A stretch of 64,000 bases of DNA from contig WAPO01000166.1 of assembly GCA_015520705.1 (NCBI GenBank), forward strand, positions 726 through 64,725. Reading direction: 5' to 3'. How positions within the stretch are numbered: the first letter of the stretch is position 1; the number at the start of each line of letters is the position of its first letter. The stretch comes from Thermococcus sp. (GTDB lineage: Archaea; Methanobacteriota_B; Thermococci; Thermococcales; Thermococcaceae). The notes beneath the pieces are model-generated. The model did no database searches. It saw nothing but the letters and a program-made list of their open reading frames with translations, and was not told where the DNA came from. The translations under genes were made by a program, and so were the position numbers. Below are positions 1 through 11,198 of this stretch, in pieces.

Positions 1-1
1 C

Positions 2-655
2 GTCCAGGATTCCAATCCCAACTTCGGCGTTATAGCGCTCCAAATCCCCCTTGTTATGGCGCTTTCCATGTCGAGACACATCTACGAGGCCCGCGATGTG
101 GTTAAGAGGCTGATAGATGAATCCACTGTGCGGGACACTATGGAGTTCTACAGGGCTATAAGAACCGCAAGTCCGAAGGGCGTTAAAAGCGGCGTTAAAT
201 ATGATGTTTATTCCGAAAATGTGTTTGAGGAGCTTTTCAGGGACAGGATAAACCTGAAGAAGCTTGCAGAGCTGAGCTGCGGACGGGAACTCATATTCTG
301 TGAATGGCTCACAGGTTACGAGCTGAGCTATAAAACCTTTATACGGCTTAAGGAGGTGCTGCAGGAGGAAAAGCTTGAAGCTGGCGTCCTCCGTGTCTTT
401 CTGGAGCTCTTAAGCGAAATACCGGATACGCTGATAGCTAGAAAAGCAGGGAAGGATGAAGCGGAGCTCGTGAAGAAAAAAGCTGGGGAAGTTCTAAAAG
501 GCAGAATGAGTGTGGAGGAATTCGATGCATTCCTGCGGGAGAAGGGGGATATAAGGAACCCTGGTAGCCTGGCGGATATAACGGCAGTAGCTCTGAGCCT
601 CCTAATTCTCGATGGATTCAGGCTTGAAATGAAAGGCATCACTCCACGACTCTGA
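2..655 (+). CDS. Triphosphoribosyl-dephospho-CoA synthase (CitG family), 5' truncated by the window edge
   Basis: Frame is open from position 2 (VQDSNPNFGVIALQIPLVMA...). N-terminal NPNFG and C-terminal NPGSLADITAVAL match CitG-family motifs. Confidence 0.75.
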   Translation, partial: VQDSNPNFGVIALQIPLVMALSMSRHIYEARDVVKRLIDESTVRDTMEFYRAIRTASPKGVKSGVKYDVYSENVFEELFRDRINLKKLAELSCGRELIFCEWLTGYELSYKTFIRLKEVLQEEKLEAGVLRVFLELLSEIPDTLIARKAGKDEAELVKKKAGEVLKGRMSVEEFDAFLREKGDIRNPGSLADITAVALSLLILDGFRLEMKGITPRL

Positions 656-929
656 ACCTCTTTGCTCCTCCAGCTCCAAAGCCGAGGCTTTTTGAATCAA
701 TAACAACCGCATCCTTCCCGAGCTCATCGACAACCCTGATCCTGAAGCCTGAAACCTCGCTGACACCTTCATTTCCACCGAACTCCTCATTCACCTGAGC
801 CTTCAGGAACTCGTATGCTTCCTTTCCAAAGAGAACTATATCCGGTTCAAATCCCTCCATTTTAAGTTCGTTTGCCTTTTCCTCAACAGCACTCAGAACT
901 CTGATAAGCTCTCCCCTCACGGTTACCAC
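639..929 (-). CDS. DUF1884 / family 4 encapsulin-like (HK97 A-domain-only) small protein
   Basis: 96 aa; ELKMEGFEPDIVLFGKEAYEF and DELGKDAVVIDSK resemble the Thermococcales DUF1884 family as I recall it; lies directly downstream of OsmC. Confidence 0.65.
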   Translation of the reverse strand: MVTVRGELIRVLSAVEEKANELKMEGFEPDIVLFGKEAYEFLKAQVNEEFGGNEGVSEVSGFRIRVVDELGKDAVVIDSKSLGFGAGGAKRFRVVE

Positions 930-1011
930 CTGGTATTCTCTGGAAACGTAAGGATTTAAAAGTTTCCGTCAGCCTGCTGGCTCTTCAGAAAGTAAAGAGA
1001 AAATTAAGGAC

Positions 1012-1422
1012 CTATTCAATGATTTCAAAGGTATAAGTTACTTTAGCACCGCTCAGCTTGATATGGGCCGATGCGGAGCAGTATTTATCTTGGCTGAGTT
1101 CAATAGCCCTCTTTGCCTTCTCGGGATTGACGTTGCCCTTTATCCTGTAGTGTATATGCATTTTATGATAGATTCTTGGATATTCATCCCTTCTCTCGCC
1201 GCTTATCTCCACTTCAAGGCCCTCTATTGGTTCTCTCATTTTCTTTAGCATCATAACTATATCGTAGGCAGTGCATCCCGCGACGCTCAGGAGAAGAAGC
1301 CTCATTGGGCTTATTCCCCCGTCTCCAAGAATGACAGAGCATTTATCCCCATCCAGACTACCTATGAACTGATAATCCTTCACCCATTCAACCTTTCCCT
1401 TTACTTCATCACCCAATGGCAT
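1012..1422 (-). CDS. OsmC/Ohr family protein
   Basis: SPMRLLLLSVAGCTAYD and KYCSAS give the two conserved Cys. Start moved to ATG 1422 behind a GGTG RBS. Confidence 0.88.
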   Translation of the reverse strand: MPLGDEVKGKVEWVKDYQFIGSLDGDKCSVILGDGGISPMRLLLLSVAGCTAYDIVMMLKKMREPIEGLEVEISGERRDEYPRIYHKMHIHYRIKGNVNPEKAKRAIELSQDKYCSASAHIKLSGAKVTYTFEIIE

Positions 1423-1474
1423 CACCATCCGAATTTGGACAAGAATTTTAAATGTCTTTCTGCAATCTTCAGTT

Positions 1475-2317
1475 ATGTATATCCGGCCCTTCGACCCGTG
1501 GAGGTCAAAGCTCTGCACATGCCCCTTCAAATACACCCTCAATGTCTACACCGGCTGCGATCATGCCTGTGTTTACTGCTATATAACGAGCTATATTCCA
1601 AATGCCTTCCGTGTCAGGACAAAAGAAGGACTTCTGATCAAACTTGAGCGTGAGCTGAGAAGACTCGACAGACGGTTCATAGTCTCGCTCTCCTACTCCT
1701 CAGACCCATACCCGACAGTGGAGCGGGAGCTTGGAATAACCCGGAAGGTGCTTCAGCTTTTTGAGAGATACGGTGTGAGATGCATGATACTCACGAAATC
1801 GGACATATTTTCCCGTGATCTGGATATCCTCAGAAGGCTCAGATGCGCTGTTGGAATAACCGTGACCACAGTAGATGAGGATAAGGCCACCCTCCTTGAA
1901 CCGAATGCTCCAAGGCCAAGCGCCAGAATTAAGGCCCTCAAAAAGGCTGCAAGGATGGGAATTCCGGTTTATGCCCGCATTGATCCCATAATCCCGTTCT
2001 ACACATGGGAGGATTTTGAGGAGACGCTTGATGCATTGAGCTTTGTGCAGCACATAACGGTTTCAACCCTCAAGCTCAGGCCGGATTCCATGAAGAGGAT
2101 GAAGGCCAAATTCCCCGGGCTGATGGCAAAACTGTGGCCGCTCTACGAGAAAGGGGAGCGCATAGGGGGTTACTATTACCTACCAGCAGAGCTCAGGTTT
2201 AAAATATTAAGGGAGGCCAGAAAAAAGGTGGAGGAAAAGGGAATTACGTTTGGTTCGTGTCGGGAGGGGTATTATTCTCATCCGACGTGCGATGGCTCTC
2301 ATCTTGTTCCTCCTTAG
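1475..2317 (+). CDS. Radical SAM protein (SPL-like family)
   Basis: YTGCDHACVYCY CxxxCxxC motif; SDPYP and ILTKS motifs. Confidence 0.85.
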   Translation: MYIRPFDPWRSKLCTCPFKYTLNVYTGCDHACVYCYITSYIPNAFRVRTKEGLLIKLERELRRLDRRFIVSLSYSSDPYPTVERELGITRKVLQLFERYGVRCMILTKSDIFSRDLDILRRLRCAVGITVTTVDEDKATLLEPNAPRPSARIKALKKAARMGIPVYARIDPIIPFYTWEDFEETLDALSFVQHITVSTLKLRPDSMKRMKAKFPGLMAKLWPLYEKGERIGGYYYLPAELRFKILREARKKVEEKGITFGSCREGYYSHPTCDGSHLVPP

Positions 2318-3089
2318 CTGCCCGTATCTGGGCTTCCATCTCCCTCATCTCCAGCTCCCTCTTTATCTCCCTGTATTCTCCGGCTTCCCTTACGAGGGCA
2401 TTGAAGAGAGGCTGCATCTCATCGAGGTATTCAGCCCACCACTGAACCCCTATTATAAATCCTTCTTTCCCCTCCACAGCCTCTATTATACCGTCAACTG
2501 TATGGGCCACAGGTTTGAGCCCTTCTCCAATTTTCTTTATTGCTTGGTGGTGGAAGCTATTGACACCGAGGAAGACTTCAGTTGTTCCCATTATGTCCAG
2601 AGCTTCTCTGAGAATCCTGTAAAGTTTTGAATCAACCTTGAGACGGATGTCGTGGACCTTATCAGTGGGATTCACCTTTGAGAATTCCCAGTCATGCTTC
2701 ACTGCTCTCGGAATTTCCGCAGCTACGTCCTGATAGAGAGTCCCTCCAAATGCCACATTTATAACCTGAGCCCCTCTCCCTACTCCGAGCAGGGGAATGC
2801 CTTTTTCCGCAGCTGCTCTCACGAGGGTTATCTCGAACAAATCACGCTTGAGGTCAACATCCCTCATATGACTGGACGGATCCTCTCCATAGAACTTGGG
2901 GTGGATATCAGGCCCCCCTGTTAAAATAACACCATGCACGACATTTAAAACATCATCGAGTGTATCAATGTCATAATCAAACACTAGGGGTATTCCCCCA
3001 GCCTGCTTTACTCTCTTTAGATAGATGGTGTCTAAAACCAGCCTGCTATGTCGATCCAAAGGTGCAATTATCCCTATCATTGGTTTCAC
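2244..3089 (-). CDS. Peptidase C26 / gamma-glutamyl-gamma-aminobutyrate hydrolase-like class-I GATase homologue, catalytic residues substituted
   Basis: GVILTGGPDIHP, RDLFE and VNSFHHQAI motifs are present, but GVGRG replaces GICRG and QWWAE replaces QWHPE. GTG start 3089 behind GGGTGG. Confidence 0.85.
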   Translation of the reverse strand: MKPMIGIIAPLDRHSRLVLDTIYLKRVKQAGGIPLVFDYDIDTLDDVLNVVHGVILTGGPDIHPKFYGEDPSSHMRDVDLKRDLFEITLVRAAAEKGIPLLGVGRGAQVINVAFGGTLYQDVAAEIPRAVKHDWEFSKVNPTDKVHDIRLKVDSKLYRILREALDIMGTTEVFLGVNSFHHQAIKKIGEGLKPVAHTVDGIIEAVEGKEGFIIGVQWWAEYLDEMQPLFNALVREAGEYREIKRELEMREMEAQIRAAKEEQDESHRTSDENNTPPDTNQT

Positions 3090-3161
3090 AAGAACCACCC
3101 CGTGGATGATAAACACAGGGAGTATAAAACCATTTTGCAAAAATAGAAGAAAAGTAAAAGC

Positions 3162-4418
3162 TCAGGCTTTTGAGATTTTAATCTCCTCTTTAATGACCTC
3201 TGCAAGCCTTTTGATGCCTTCTTTAATCTTCTCTTCTGGAACGTATGTGAAGTTCAGGCGCATTGTGTTCTTGACATCCCGGTGCGCAAAGAATGCTTCA
3301 CCCGGGACGTATGCAACTCCCCTTGCCACTGCCTTCTCAAAGATCATCTTTGTATCAATGCCATCTGGTAAGATAACCCATACAAACATACCACCCTCTG
3401 GTTTTGTCCATCTGACACCTTCGGGCATGTACTCCTCAAGGGCCTCAAGCATTGCATTCCTCCTCGGCCTGTAGAACTCTATAATTTTTGGAATCTGTCT
3501 GTCGAGGTAACCATCAGCAACGTATTTCCACGCGATTACCTGGCTGAATGTATTTGTGCAGAGATCAATGGCCTGTTTGGCAATCTCTATCTTCCTTATG
3601 AAATGAGGCTCCGCGGCTATCCATCCAATCCTGAAGCCTGGAGCGAGTATCTTTGAGAATGTCCCGAGGTAAATGACCCTCCCTTCAGTGTCAAAGTGTT
3701 TTACAGGCTTTACAGGCTTTCCTGAATAGCGGAGCTCGCTGTATGGGTTGTCCTCAACGATCAGGAAGTCATACTCATGGGCGAGCTCAATAAGTTTTTT
3801 CCTCCTGTCCTCGCTCATGGTAACGCCCGCAGGATTCTGGAATGTCGATACAGTATAGACGAATTTAACTTTCTTCCCTTCGGCCTTCAGCTTCTTCAGT
3901 TTTTCTTCTAAAATATCAGTGATCATTCCGTTATCATCCATTGGAACCGATACGAATTCAGGGTCATAGTATCTAAATGCATTTAAAGCGGCGAGATACG
4001 TGGGAGCTTCAACAATAACTATGTCTCCTGGGTTTATGAAAGTCCTCCCAATGAGATCCAGTGCCTGCTGGGAACCCGCTGTGGTCATTATCTCGACCTT
4101 CGACATAGGAAGGTCATAGCGCTTTCTCATCCACTCCGCCAGAGCGAGACGGAGCGGGGTGTAGCCTTTGGTTGTGCCATACTGAAGTGCCTTATCCGCG
4201 TGTTTTTCAAGGACTTCCGTGGCTATTTTTTTGATGGTCTCAACAGGAAACGTCTCGGGAGCAGGCAGACCTCCGGCAAGTGAAATAATATCAGAACTCT
4301 CAACAAGCTTTAACAGCTCTCTAATCTCCGAAGCTTTCATACCAAGAGCCTTTTCCGAGAAATAAGCCTCGAAGTTGAGAGCTCCAGCTTCCAGCTTTTT
4401 CATGAGTTTCTCTTCCAT
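3162..4418 (-). CDS. PLP-dependent class I/II aminotransferase (2-aminoadipate/aromatic, multi-substrate type)
   Basis: ISLAGGLP, FQNPAG, EDNPY, GTFSKILAPGFRIGW (PLP lysine), GGMFVW. Confidence 0.93.
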   Translation of the reverse strand: MEEKLMKKLEAGALNFEAYFSEKALGMKASEIRELLKLVESSDIISLAGGLPAPETFPVETIKKIATEVLEKHADKALQYGTTKGYTPLRLALAEWMRKRYDLPMSKVEIMTTAGSQQALDLIGRTFINPGDIVIVEAPTYLAALNAFRYYDPEFVSVPMDDNGMITDILEEKLKKLKAEGKKVKFVYTVSTFQNPAGVTMSEDRRKKLIELAHEYDFLIVEDNPYSELRYSGKPVKPVKHFDTEGRVIYLGTFSKILAPGFRIGWIAAEPHFIRKIEIAKQAIDLCTNTFSQVIAWKYVADGYLDRQIPKIIEFYRPRRNAMLEALEEYMPEGVRWTKPEGGMFVWVILPDGIDTKMIFEKAVARGVAYVPGEAFFAHRDVKNTMRLNFTYVPEEKIKEGIKRLAEVIKEEIKISKA

Positions 4419-4641
4419 CCCAACCCCTCCAAATGAACATTTTAGTCCATGTCACCAGTTCTATACATAGAAAGTTTGCGGCGATTAAATATAAACCTTT
4501 CTGCAATGGTCGTTAGTGAGGTTTATCTATGTAAAGACTTCTCTGGAAGTAATTTTATGAACATCAAAGTCCTTACAGAGTCATCAATGAACATCAGGAT
4601 GCCAACATAATCAGTGAAGTATATAAACCCCAATACCTTAA

Positions 4642-5640
<999 letters not shown>

Positions 5641-5754
5641 ATGCCTCTTTTTCTTTTTCAAAAATTGCCCAGATGCTTTTCCCAGGGACAGCATCACCCT
5701 TAAAAGCCTATACCCTTTTATATCTCTTAAGCGAAAAGAGGAAAGGTGATGAGA

Positions 5755-7002
5755 ATGAAAGCATTCATAGCCGAGAATGTGCGCGGCATCTATGCCTTTG
5801 ATGAGGACGGCAGTGTAATTGCCCACAGGACATTTGAAAACGCTGGAAGCCTCGATGCTATCCTCACCGGAGAGCTAACCGAGGAAATGCTGAACCTCCT
5901 CGAAGAGCTGAAAAGCAGGGGATATGATGAGGTTGTTTTTGAGCATCCTGAGCTGAGCAGAAAGGCAAACGAGCTCGGATTTAACGCTGATTTCGAGTTC
6001 CCGAATCCGGCCGGCGAGATTCTCAGGGAAAAGCCCGAGGAATTCTTAGGTGAGAACTGGTTTGAGGAGTACTTCAGGGCAGGGGTTGAGCTAACGAGGG
6101 CGAGGATACAGGAGCAGAGCGGTGCCAGAGATAAGATGGTCATTCAGGCGATAGAGGCTCTGGATGATATTGACAAGGTCACGAACCTCATGGTTTCAAG
6201 GCTCAGGGAGTGGTATTCACTGCACTTCCCCGAGATTGATGAGATTCTTCCAAAGCACCAGCAGTACGTGGTTTTTGTCAGGGAAGCCGGCCTGAGGGAG
6301 GAGATGAGCAGGGAGAAACTTGAAAGCCTCGGCCTCAGCGAGGGCAAGATTGAGAAGATTCTGGCCGCTAAGGACAGGTCAATGGGAGCTGTAATGGGCA
6401 GGAAGGACATCGAGATTATCCAGAAGCTTGCGGCGGAGATAGATGACCTCTACAAACTTAGAGAGCAGATAGAGGACTACCTCGAAGAGGCTCTGGATGA
6501 CGTTGCTCCAAACCTCAAGGCCCTCGTGGGGGCCAAACTCGCGGCCAGACTGATAAGCCTTGCAGGCGGCCTCAAGGAACTTGCAATGATGCCTTCGTCA
6601 ACGATACAGGTTCTTGGGGCGGAAAAAGCCCTCTTCAGGCACCTCCGCTCTGGAGCCAAGCCACCCAAACACGGAGTCATCTACCAGTATCCCGCAATAA
6701 ACCGCTCGCCGTGGTGGCAGAGGGGCAAGATAGCGAGAGCTCTGGCAGGCAAGCTCGCAATTGCGGCGAGGGTTGACTACTTCTCGGGAGAATACATTGC
6801 TGAGGAGCTCAAACAGGAGATTGAAGCGAGGATCAGGGAGATAAAGGAGAAGTATCCGAACCCGCCCAAGAGGAAAGCCAAGCCTGAGAAGAAAAAGGAG
6901 AAGCCCAAGGGCAGGAAATTCAAGAAAGGCAAGAGAAAGAAGGAAAAGATGGAGAAAGGTAAAAAGAGGGAGAAGAAAGAGAAGAAGAGGAAAAAGAGGT
7001 GA
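5755..7002 (+). CDS. nop5: Box C/D sRNP protein Nop5 (Nop56/58)
   Basis: RLREWYSLHFPE, QVLGAEKALF, PPKHGVIYQ, RGKIARALAGK, Lys-rich tail; adjacent to fibrillarin. Confidence 0.95.
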   Translation: MKAFIAENVRGIYAFDEDGSVIAHRTFENAGSLDAILTGELTEEMLNLLEELKSRGYDEVVFEHPELSRKANELGFNADFEFPNPAGEILREKPEEFLGENWFEEYFRAGVELTRARIQEQSGARDKMVIQAIEALDDIDKVTNLMVSRLREWYSLHFPEIDEILPKHQQYVVFVREAGLREEMSREKLESLGLSEGKIEKILAAKDRSMGAVMGRKDIEIIQKLAAEIDDLYKLREQIEDYLEEALDDVAPNLKALVGAKLAARLISLAGGLKELAMMPSSTIQVLGAEKALFRHLRSGAKPPKHGVIYQYPAINRSPWWQRGKIARALAGKLAIAARVDYFSGEYIAEELKQEIEARIREIKEKYPNPPKRKAKPEKKKEKPKGRKFKKGKRKKEKMEKGKKREKKEKKRKKR

Positions 7003-7007
7003 TATAA

Positions 7008-7688
7008 ATGAGAATTAAAAAGCATAAGTTCCCGGGCGTTTATGTTTTCATAGATGAGGACGGGAGCGAGAAGATAGCGACGAAGAATCTCGTTCCCGGC
7101 CAGAAGGTCTACGGCGAGAGGCTGATCAAGTCGGAAGGTGAGGAGTACAGAATCTGGAATCCTAGGAGATCGAAGCTCGGCGCAGCAATACTGAACGGTC
7201 TGAAGAACTTTCCGATTAAGCCCAGTTCAAGGGTTCTCTACCTCGGAATAGCGAGCGGAACCACGGCAAGCCACGTGAGCGATATAGTCGGCTGGGATGG
7301 GAAGGTCTTTGGAATTGAGTTCTCGCCGAGGGTTCTCAGGGAGCTCGTCCCAATCGTGGAGGAGCGCAGGAACATTGTGCCGATCCTCGGAGACGCCACA
7401 AAGCCGGAGGAATACAGGGCGCTGGTCACGAAGGTTGACGCCATCTTTGAAGACGTTGCCCAGCCCACTCAGGCAAAAATCCTCATAGACAACGCCAAAG
7501 CCTATCTGAAGAGTGGCGGCTACGCAATGATTTCCGTTAAGAGCAGGAGCATAGACGTGACGAAGGAGCCGGAGCAGGTCTTCAAGGAGGTCGAGAAGGA
7601 GCTCTCAACTTACTTCGAGGTCGTTGAGCGCTTAAGCCTCGAGCCCTATGAGAAAGACCACGTGCTTTTCGTCCTCAGGAAGCCCTGA
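7008..7688 (+). CDS. flpA: Fibrillarin-like rRNA/tRNA 2'-O-methyltransferase
   Basis: [39 protein letters not shown]. Confidence 0.97.
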   Translation: MRIKKHKFPGVYVFIDEDGSEKIATKNLVPGQKVYGERLIKSEGEEYRIWNPRRSKLGAAILNGLKNFPIKPSSRVLYLGIASGTTASHVSDIVGWDGKVFGIEFSPRVLRELVPIVEERRNIVPILGDATKPEEYRALVTKVDAIFEDVAQPTQAKILIDNAKAYLKSGGYAMISVKSRSIDVTKEPEQVFKEVEKELSTYFEVVERLSLEPYEKDHVLFVLRKP

Positions 7689-7727
7689 CTTCCTTTTGCT
7701 TTATTAAAATGCAGAAATAAAAAAGCC

Positions 7728-8408
7728 TCAGTCCCTGCCTTTTGGCAGGTGAGGGATTATCCAGCTAAGAAAGCTGTCCATGCTCCTCGTCTGTATGTAC
7801 AGTGTCCCAGTGCCGTGGAATTCTGCAACGAGCCCTTCTCCGCTGAAAAGTGTGCTCTTAAGGCCGCCAACACGCTTCACCCTGAAGTCCAGCCCCTCGC
7901 TGAAGGCCACCATGTGGCCGGTGTCTATTACAAAGTGCTCATCGTGCAGCTCCTTTCTGTATATCGCCCCGAAGCTTGAGAGGAACACCACGCCCTTTCC
8001 GCTCATCTTGAGCAGGAAGAGCCCTTCCCTTCCAAAGAAGGTTTTTGCACCTCCCCATTTTGTGTCTATGCTTATCCCCTCACTGCTGGCAAGAAAAGCC
8101 CCGCTCTGGGCATAGAGCGTTCCGTCCAGCTCAAAGGCCTCTATGTCTCCCGGATACGATGGAGCCAGCCCCAGAGTTCCGGTTCCACCTTCTGCCCGGA
8201 ACGTGTTGATGAAGAAGCTCTCACCGCCGAGCATCGAGCGCTTTAGGGCACCGAATACACCGCCCTTTGCTTTGGTCTCAAGCTTTATGTTCGGGCTCAT
8301 ATGAACCATTGCTCCGGCCTCTGCCTGAAGGGCCTCCCCGGAGGAAAGCTCCACCTCAAGCAGGGAGAAGCTCGGCCTGTGGTTTATCTCGTATTTCAAA
8401 AACATCAC
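7728..8408 (-). CDS. TIGR00266 / AIM24 family protein
   Basis: AEAGAMV, GGESFFINTF, IDTGHMVAF, GEGLVAEFHGTG, YIQTRS. Confidence 0.88.
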   Translation of the reverse strand: MMFLKYEINHRPSFSLLEVELSSGEALQAEAGAMVHMSPNIKLETKAKGGVFGALKRSMLGGESFFINTFRAEGGTGTLGLAPSYPGDIEAFELDGTLYAQSGAFLASSEGISIDTKWGGAKTFFGREGLFLLKMSGKGVVFLSSFGAIYRKELHDEHFVIDTGHMVAFSEGLDFRVKRVGGLKSTLFSGEGLVAEFHGTGTLYIQTRSMDSFLSWIIPHLPKGRD

Positions 8409-8548
8409 CTGCTATTTTTATGCGCCTATGCCTTATATACCTCTGTATCGTTAATCGTCGAAAGACTCTTTTACTTTTACCGAAAGACTTTTATAATGGC
8501 CGGGTTTAGCAATAAAAGAACATTTGAAGCTCAACTCTTATGTAGGTG

Positions 8549-9607
8549 ATGCCCATGGGAAAACTGCTGAAACCTGTTAAGGATGTCGGTATAGTCGGCT
8601 ACGGCGCATATGTGCCGATGTACAGAATCAAAAACGAGGAGATAGGAAGGGTCTGGGGAGTTTCGAGCTTTCCAATAAAGGAGAAATCCGTCCCGGGTCT
8701 GGACGAGGATGCGATAACCATCGGAATTGAAGCTGCAAGAAATGCACTGAAAAGGGCCCGGATTGACCCCAAATTAATAAGGGCGCTCTGGTTTGGAACT
8801 GAATCGAAGCCCTACGCGGTTAAGCCATCAGCAACCGTCATAGCGGAGGCAATCGGTGCAACGCCTGAACTGGATGCGGCCGATTTTGAGTTTGCATGTA
8901 AAGCCGGAACCGAAGCCCTCCAGGCGGCTATAGGATTTGTGGGAAGCGGAATGGCCGAATACGCCATGGCCATAGGTGCAGATACATCACAGGGTAGGCC
9001 GGGCGATCACCTGGAATTCACAGCAGCGGCTGGAGGAGCAGCCTACATAGTTGGCGAGAGGAGCAGTGAAACGCTTGCATACTTCGAGGGGAGCTACTCC
9101 TACGTTACGGACACGCCTGACTTCTGGAGGAGGCAGCACGAGCACTATCCGAGGCACGGGAACAGATTCACCGGCGAGCCAGCATACTTCCACCAGATAA
9201 TAAGCGCCGCCAAGGGCCTTATGGAGGAGCTCGACTACTCGCCAAGCGATTTTGACTATGCAGTCTTCCACCAGCCCAATGTCAAGTTCCCGCTCACGGT
9301 AGGCAAAATCCTTGGAATTCCCAAGGAGAAAATCCTTCCAGGACTGCTCAGCGGCATCATAGGAAACACATACAGCGGAGCAACGCTCGTTGGGATAAGC
9401 GCTGTCCTCGACGTTGCAAAGCCCGGAGATAGGATTCTGTGGGTTAGCTTTGGCTCGGGCGCTGGAAGCGACGCCTTCAGCCTCGTTGTTCAGGATGCCA
9501 TTGAGGAGAAGAGGGATTTAGCTCCAAAGACCATGGACTACGTGAACAGGAAGAGATACATAGACTATGCGCTGTATGCAAAGGCAAGGAGAAAGTACAT
9601 AATCTGA
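8549..9607 (+). CDS. Hydroxymethylglutaryl-CoA synthase (archaeal)
   Basis: [18 protein letters not shown] (catalytic Cys), [21 protein letters not shown]. Confidence 0.93.
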   Translation: MPMGKLLKPVKDVGIVGYGAYVPMYRIKNEEIGRVWGVSSFPIKEKSVPGLDEDAITIGIEAARNALKRARIDPKLIRALWFGTESKPYAVKPSATVIAEAIGATPELDAADFEFACKAGTEALQAAIGFVGSGMAEYAMAIGADTSQGRPGDHLEFTAAAGGAAYIVGERSSETLAYFEGSYSYVTDTPDFWRRQHEHYPRHGNRFTGEPAYFHQIISAAKGLMEELDYSPSDFDYAVFHQPNVKFPLTVGKILGIPKEKILPGLLSGIIGNTYSGATLVGISAVLDVAKPGDRILWVSFGSGAGSDAFSLVVQDAIEEKRDLAPKTMDYVNRKRYIDYALYAKARRKYII

Positions 9608-9617
9608 GGTGGTGAAA

Positions 9618-10784
9618 ATGGAGAGGCCTGTCATAATCGGTGTTGGGATGACCCCTGTCGGGGAGCACTGGAGGCTCTCCCTGAGGGAGCTTGCTGTGGA
9701 GGCACTTCTGAATGCAATGGACGATGCCGGAGTGGATGCTGTTGATTCCCTTTACGTTGGAAACATGATTTCAGGCTCATTTGTGGAGCAGGAAAACCTC
9801 GGTGCGCTCATAGCGGACTGGGCAGGTCTGGGCAACATCCCTGCGGTCAAAATTGAAGCCGCCTGTGCGAGTGGCGGTGCGGCAGTTCAGGAAGGGGCGA
9901 AGGCCGTGATGAGCGGTCTTGAGGATGTTGTTGCAGTTGTAGGCGTTGAGAAGATGACGGATGCTTGGCCCAGCGATGCGACACGCTATCTGGCATATGC
10001 TGCCGACGCTGAGTATGAACACTTCCACGGGGCGAGCTTTGTCGCTCTAAACGCCCTTATAATGAGATACTACATGAAAAGATGGGGATACACAGAGGAA
10101 GACTTGGCCCTGTTCGCTGTCAACGGCCATGCCAACGGAGCGAAAAACCCCTATGCGATGTTCAAGAGGCCGATAACGGTGGATACCGTGATGAGAAGCC
10201 CCTACATAGCCGACCCGATAAAGCTTTTTGATGCCTCCCCTGTCTGCGACGGTGCAGCGGCGGTTATAATAACCACGAAGGAGAAGGCCAAGGAGCTCGG
10301 GGTTCCCAGAGAGAGGTGGGTCGAGATTGCGGGCTTCTCAAGGGCAATAGACACCATCAACCTTGCAAACAGGGACGACCTGCTCACGCTGAAGGCCGCG
10401 AGAATTGCCTCAGAGAGGGCCTATAAGATGGCCGGGGTAACAGTCAGGGACATTGACCTCTTTGAAGTCCACGATGCCTTCACAGTCATGGCCGCCCTCA
10501 GCCTCGAAGCCATCGGTGCAGCTGAGAAAGGGAAGGGTGCAATGCTGGCAAAGGAAGGGCAGATTGCCATAGACGGGGATTATCCAATCCAGACGATGGG
10601 AGGTCTGAAGTCCAGGGGACACCCCGTTGGAGCAACAGGGGCCTATCAAACCGTTGAAGCAGCCCTCCAGCTTCGCGGCGAAGCACCCGACGGAATACAG
10701 GTGCCCGACGCTGAAATTGCCCTGACCCAGAATATAGGTGGAACGGGTTCGAATATAACAATCACAATTTTGAGGAGGGTCTGA
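9618..10784 (+). CDS. Acetyl-CoA C-acetyltransferase (thiolase)
   Basis: EAACASGG, VGVEKM, EVHDAF, GHPVGATG, QNIGGTG. Confidence 0.93.
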   Translation: MERPVIIGVGMTPVGEHWRLSLRELAVEALLNAMDDAGVDAVDSLYVGNMISGSFVEQENLGALIADWAGLGNIPAVKIEAACASGGAAVQEGAKAVMSGLEDVVAVVGVEKMTDAWPSDATRYLAYAADAEYEHFHGASFVALNALIMRYYMKRWGYTEEDLALFAVNGHANGAKNPYAMFKRPITVDTVMRSPYIADPIKLFDASPVCDGAAAVIITTKEKAKELGVPRERWVEIAGFSRAIDTINLANRDDLLTLKAARIASERAYKMAGVTVRDIDLFEVHDAFTVMAALSLEAIGAAEKGKGAMLAKEGQIAIDGDYPIQTMGGLKSRGHPVGATGAYQTVEAALQLRGEAPDGIQVPDAEIALTQNIGGTGSNITITILRRV

Positions 10785-10785
10785 A

Positions 10786-11190
10786 ATGGCTAAACCGATG
10801 CAGGTTGCCAGATACTGGAGGCATTTTAAGGAGAAATACCGCCTCATCGGAGGAAAATGCGAGAACGGTCATGTTTTCTTCCCCAAACGCTCAGTCTGCC
10901 CTGTCTGCGGCAGCAGGAACATAGAGGACTTCCAGTTCAGCGGAAAAGGGAAGGTTCTCAGCTGGACAATAGTGAGAAACCCGCCGAGCGGCTTCGAATA
11001 CTACAAACCCTTCCCCCTCGCACTGGTGGAGCTTGAGAAGGGGCCTGTTGTTCTTGCCCAGCTCACGGATGTTGCGCCTGATGAGATTGACTTCGGCATG
11101 GAGGTCGAGATGGTAACCAGAAAGGTCAGGGAGTTCGGCGAGGACGGAATAATCCTCTATGCATACAAGTTCAGGCCTCCGGTGAAGTGA
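10786..11190 (+). CDS. DUF35 Zn-ribbon/OB-fold scaffold of the thiolase-HMGS complex
   Basis: CENG...CPVCGS ribbon followed by an OB fold; third gene of the HMGS-thiolase operon. Confidence 0.9.
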   Translation: MAKPMQVARYWRHFKEKYRLIGGKCENGHVFFPKRSVCPVCGSRNIEDFQFSGKGKVLSWTIVRNPPSGFEYYKPFPLALVELEKGPVVLAQLTDVAPDEIDFGMEVEMVTRKVREFGEDGIILYAYKFRPPVK

Positions 11191-11198
11191 AGCCAGGT

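Noticed and set aside
844-854. GGTTCAAATCC, resembling a tRNA T-loop
   Set aside because: Inside the DUF1884 coding sequence; no cloverleaf can be built.
6870-7002. A/G-rich low-complexity stretch
   Set aside because: Normal Lys/Glu tail of Nop5.
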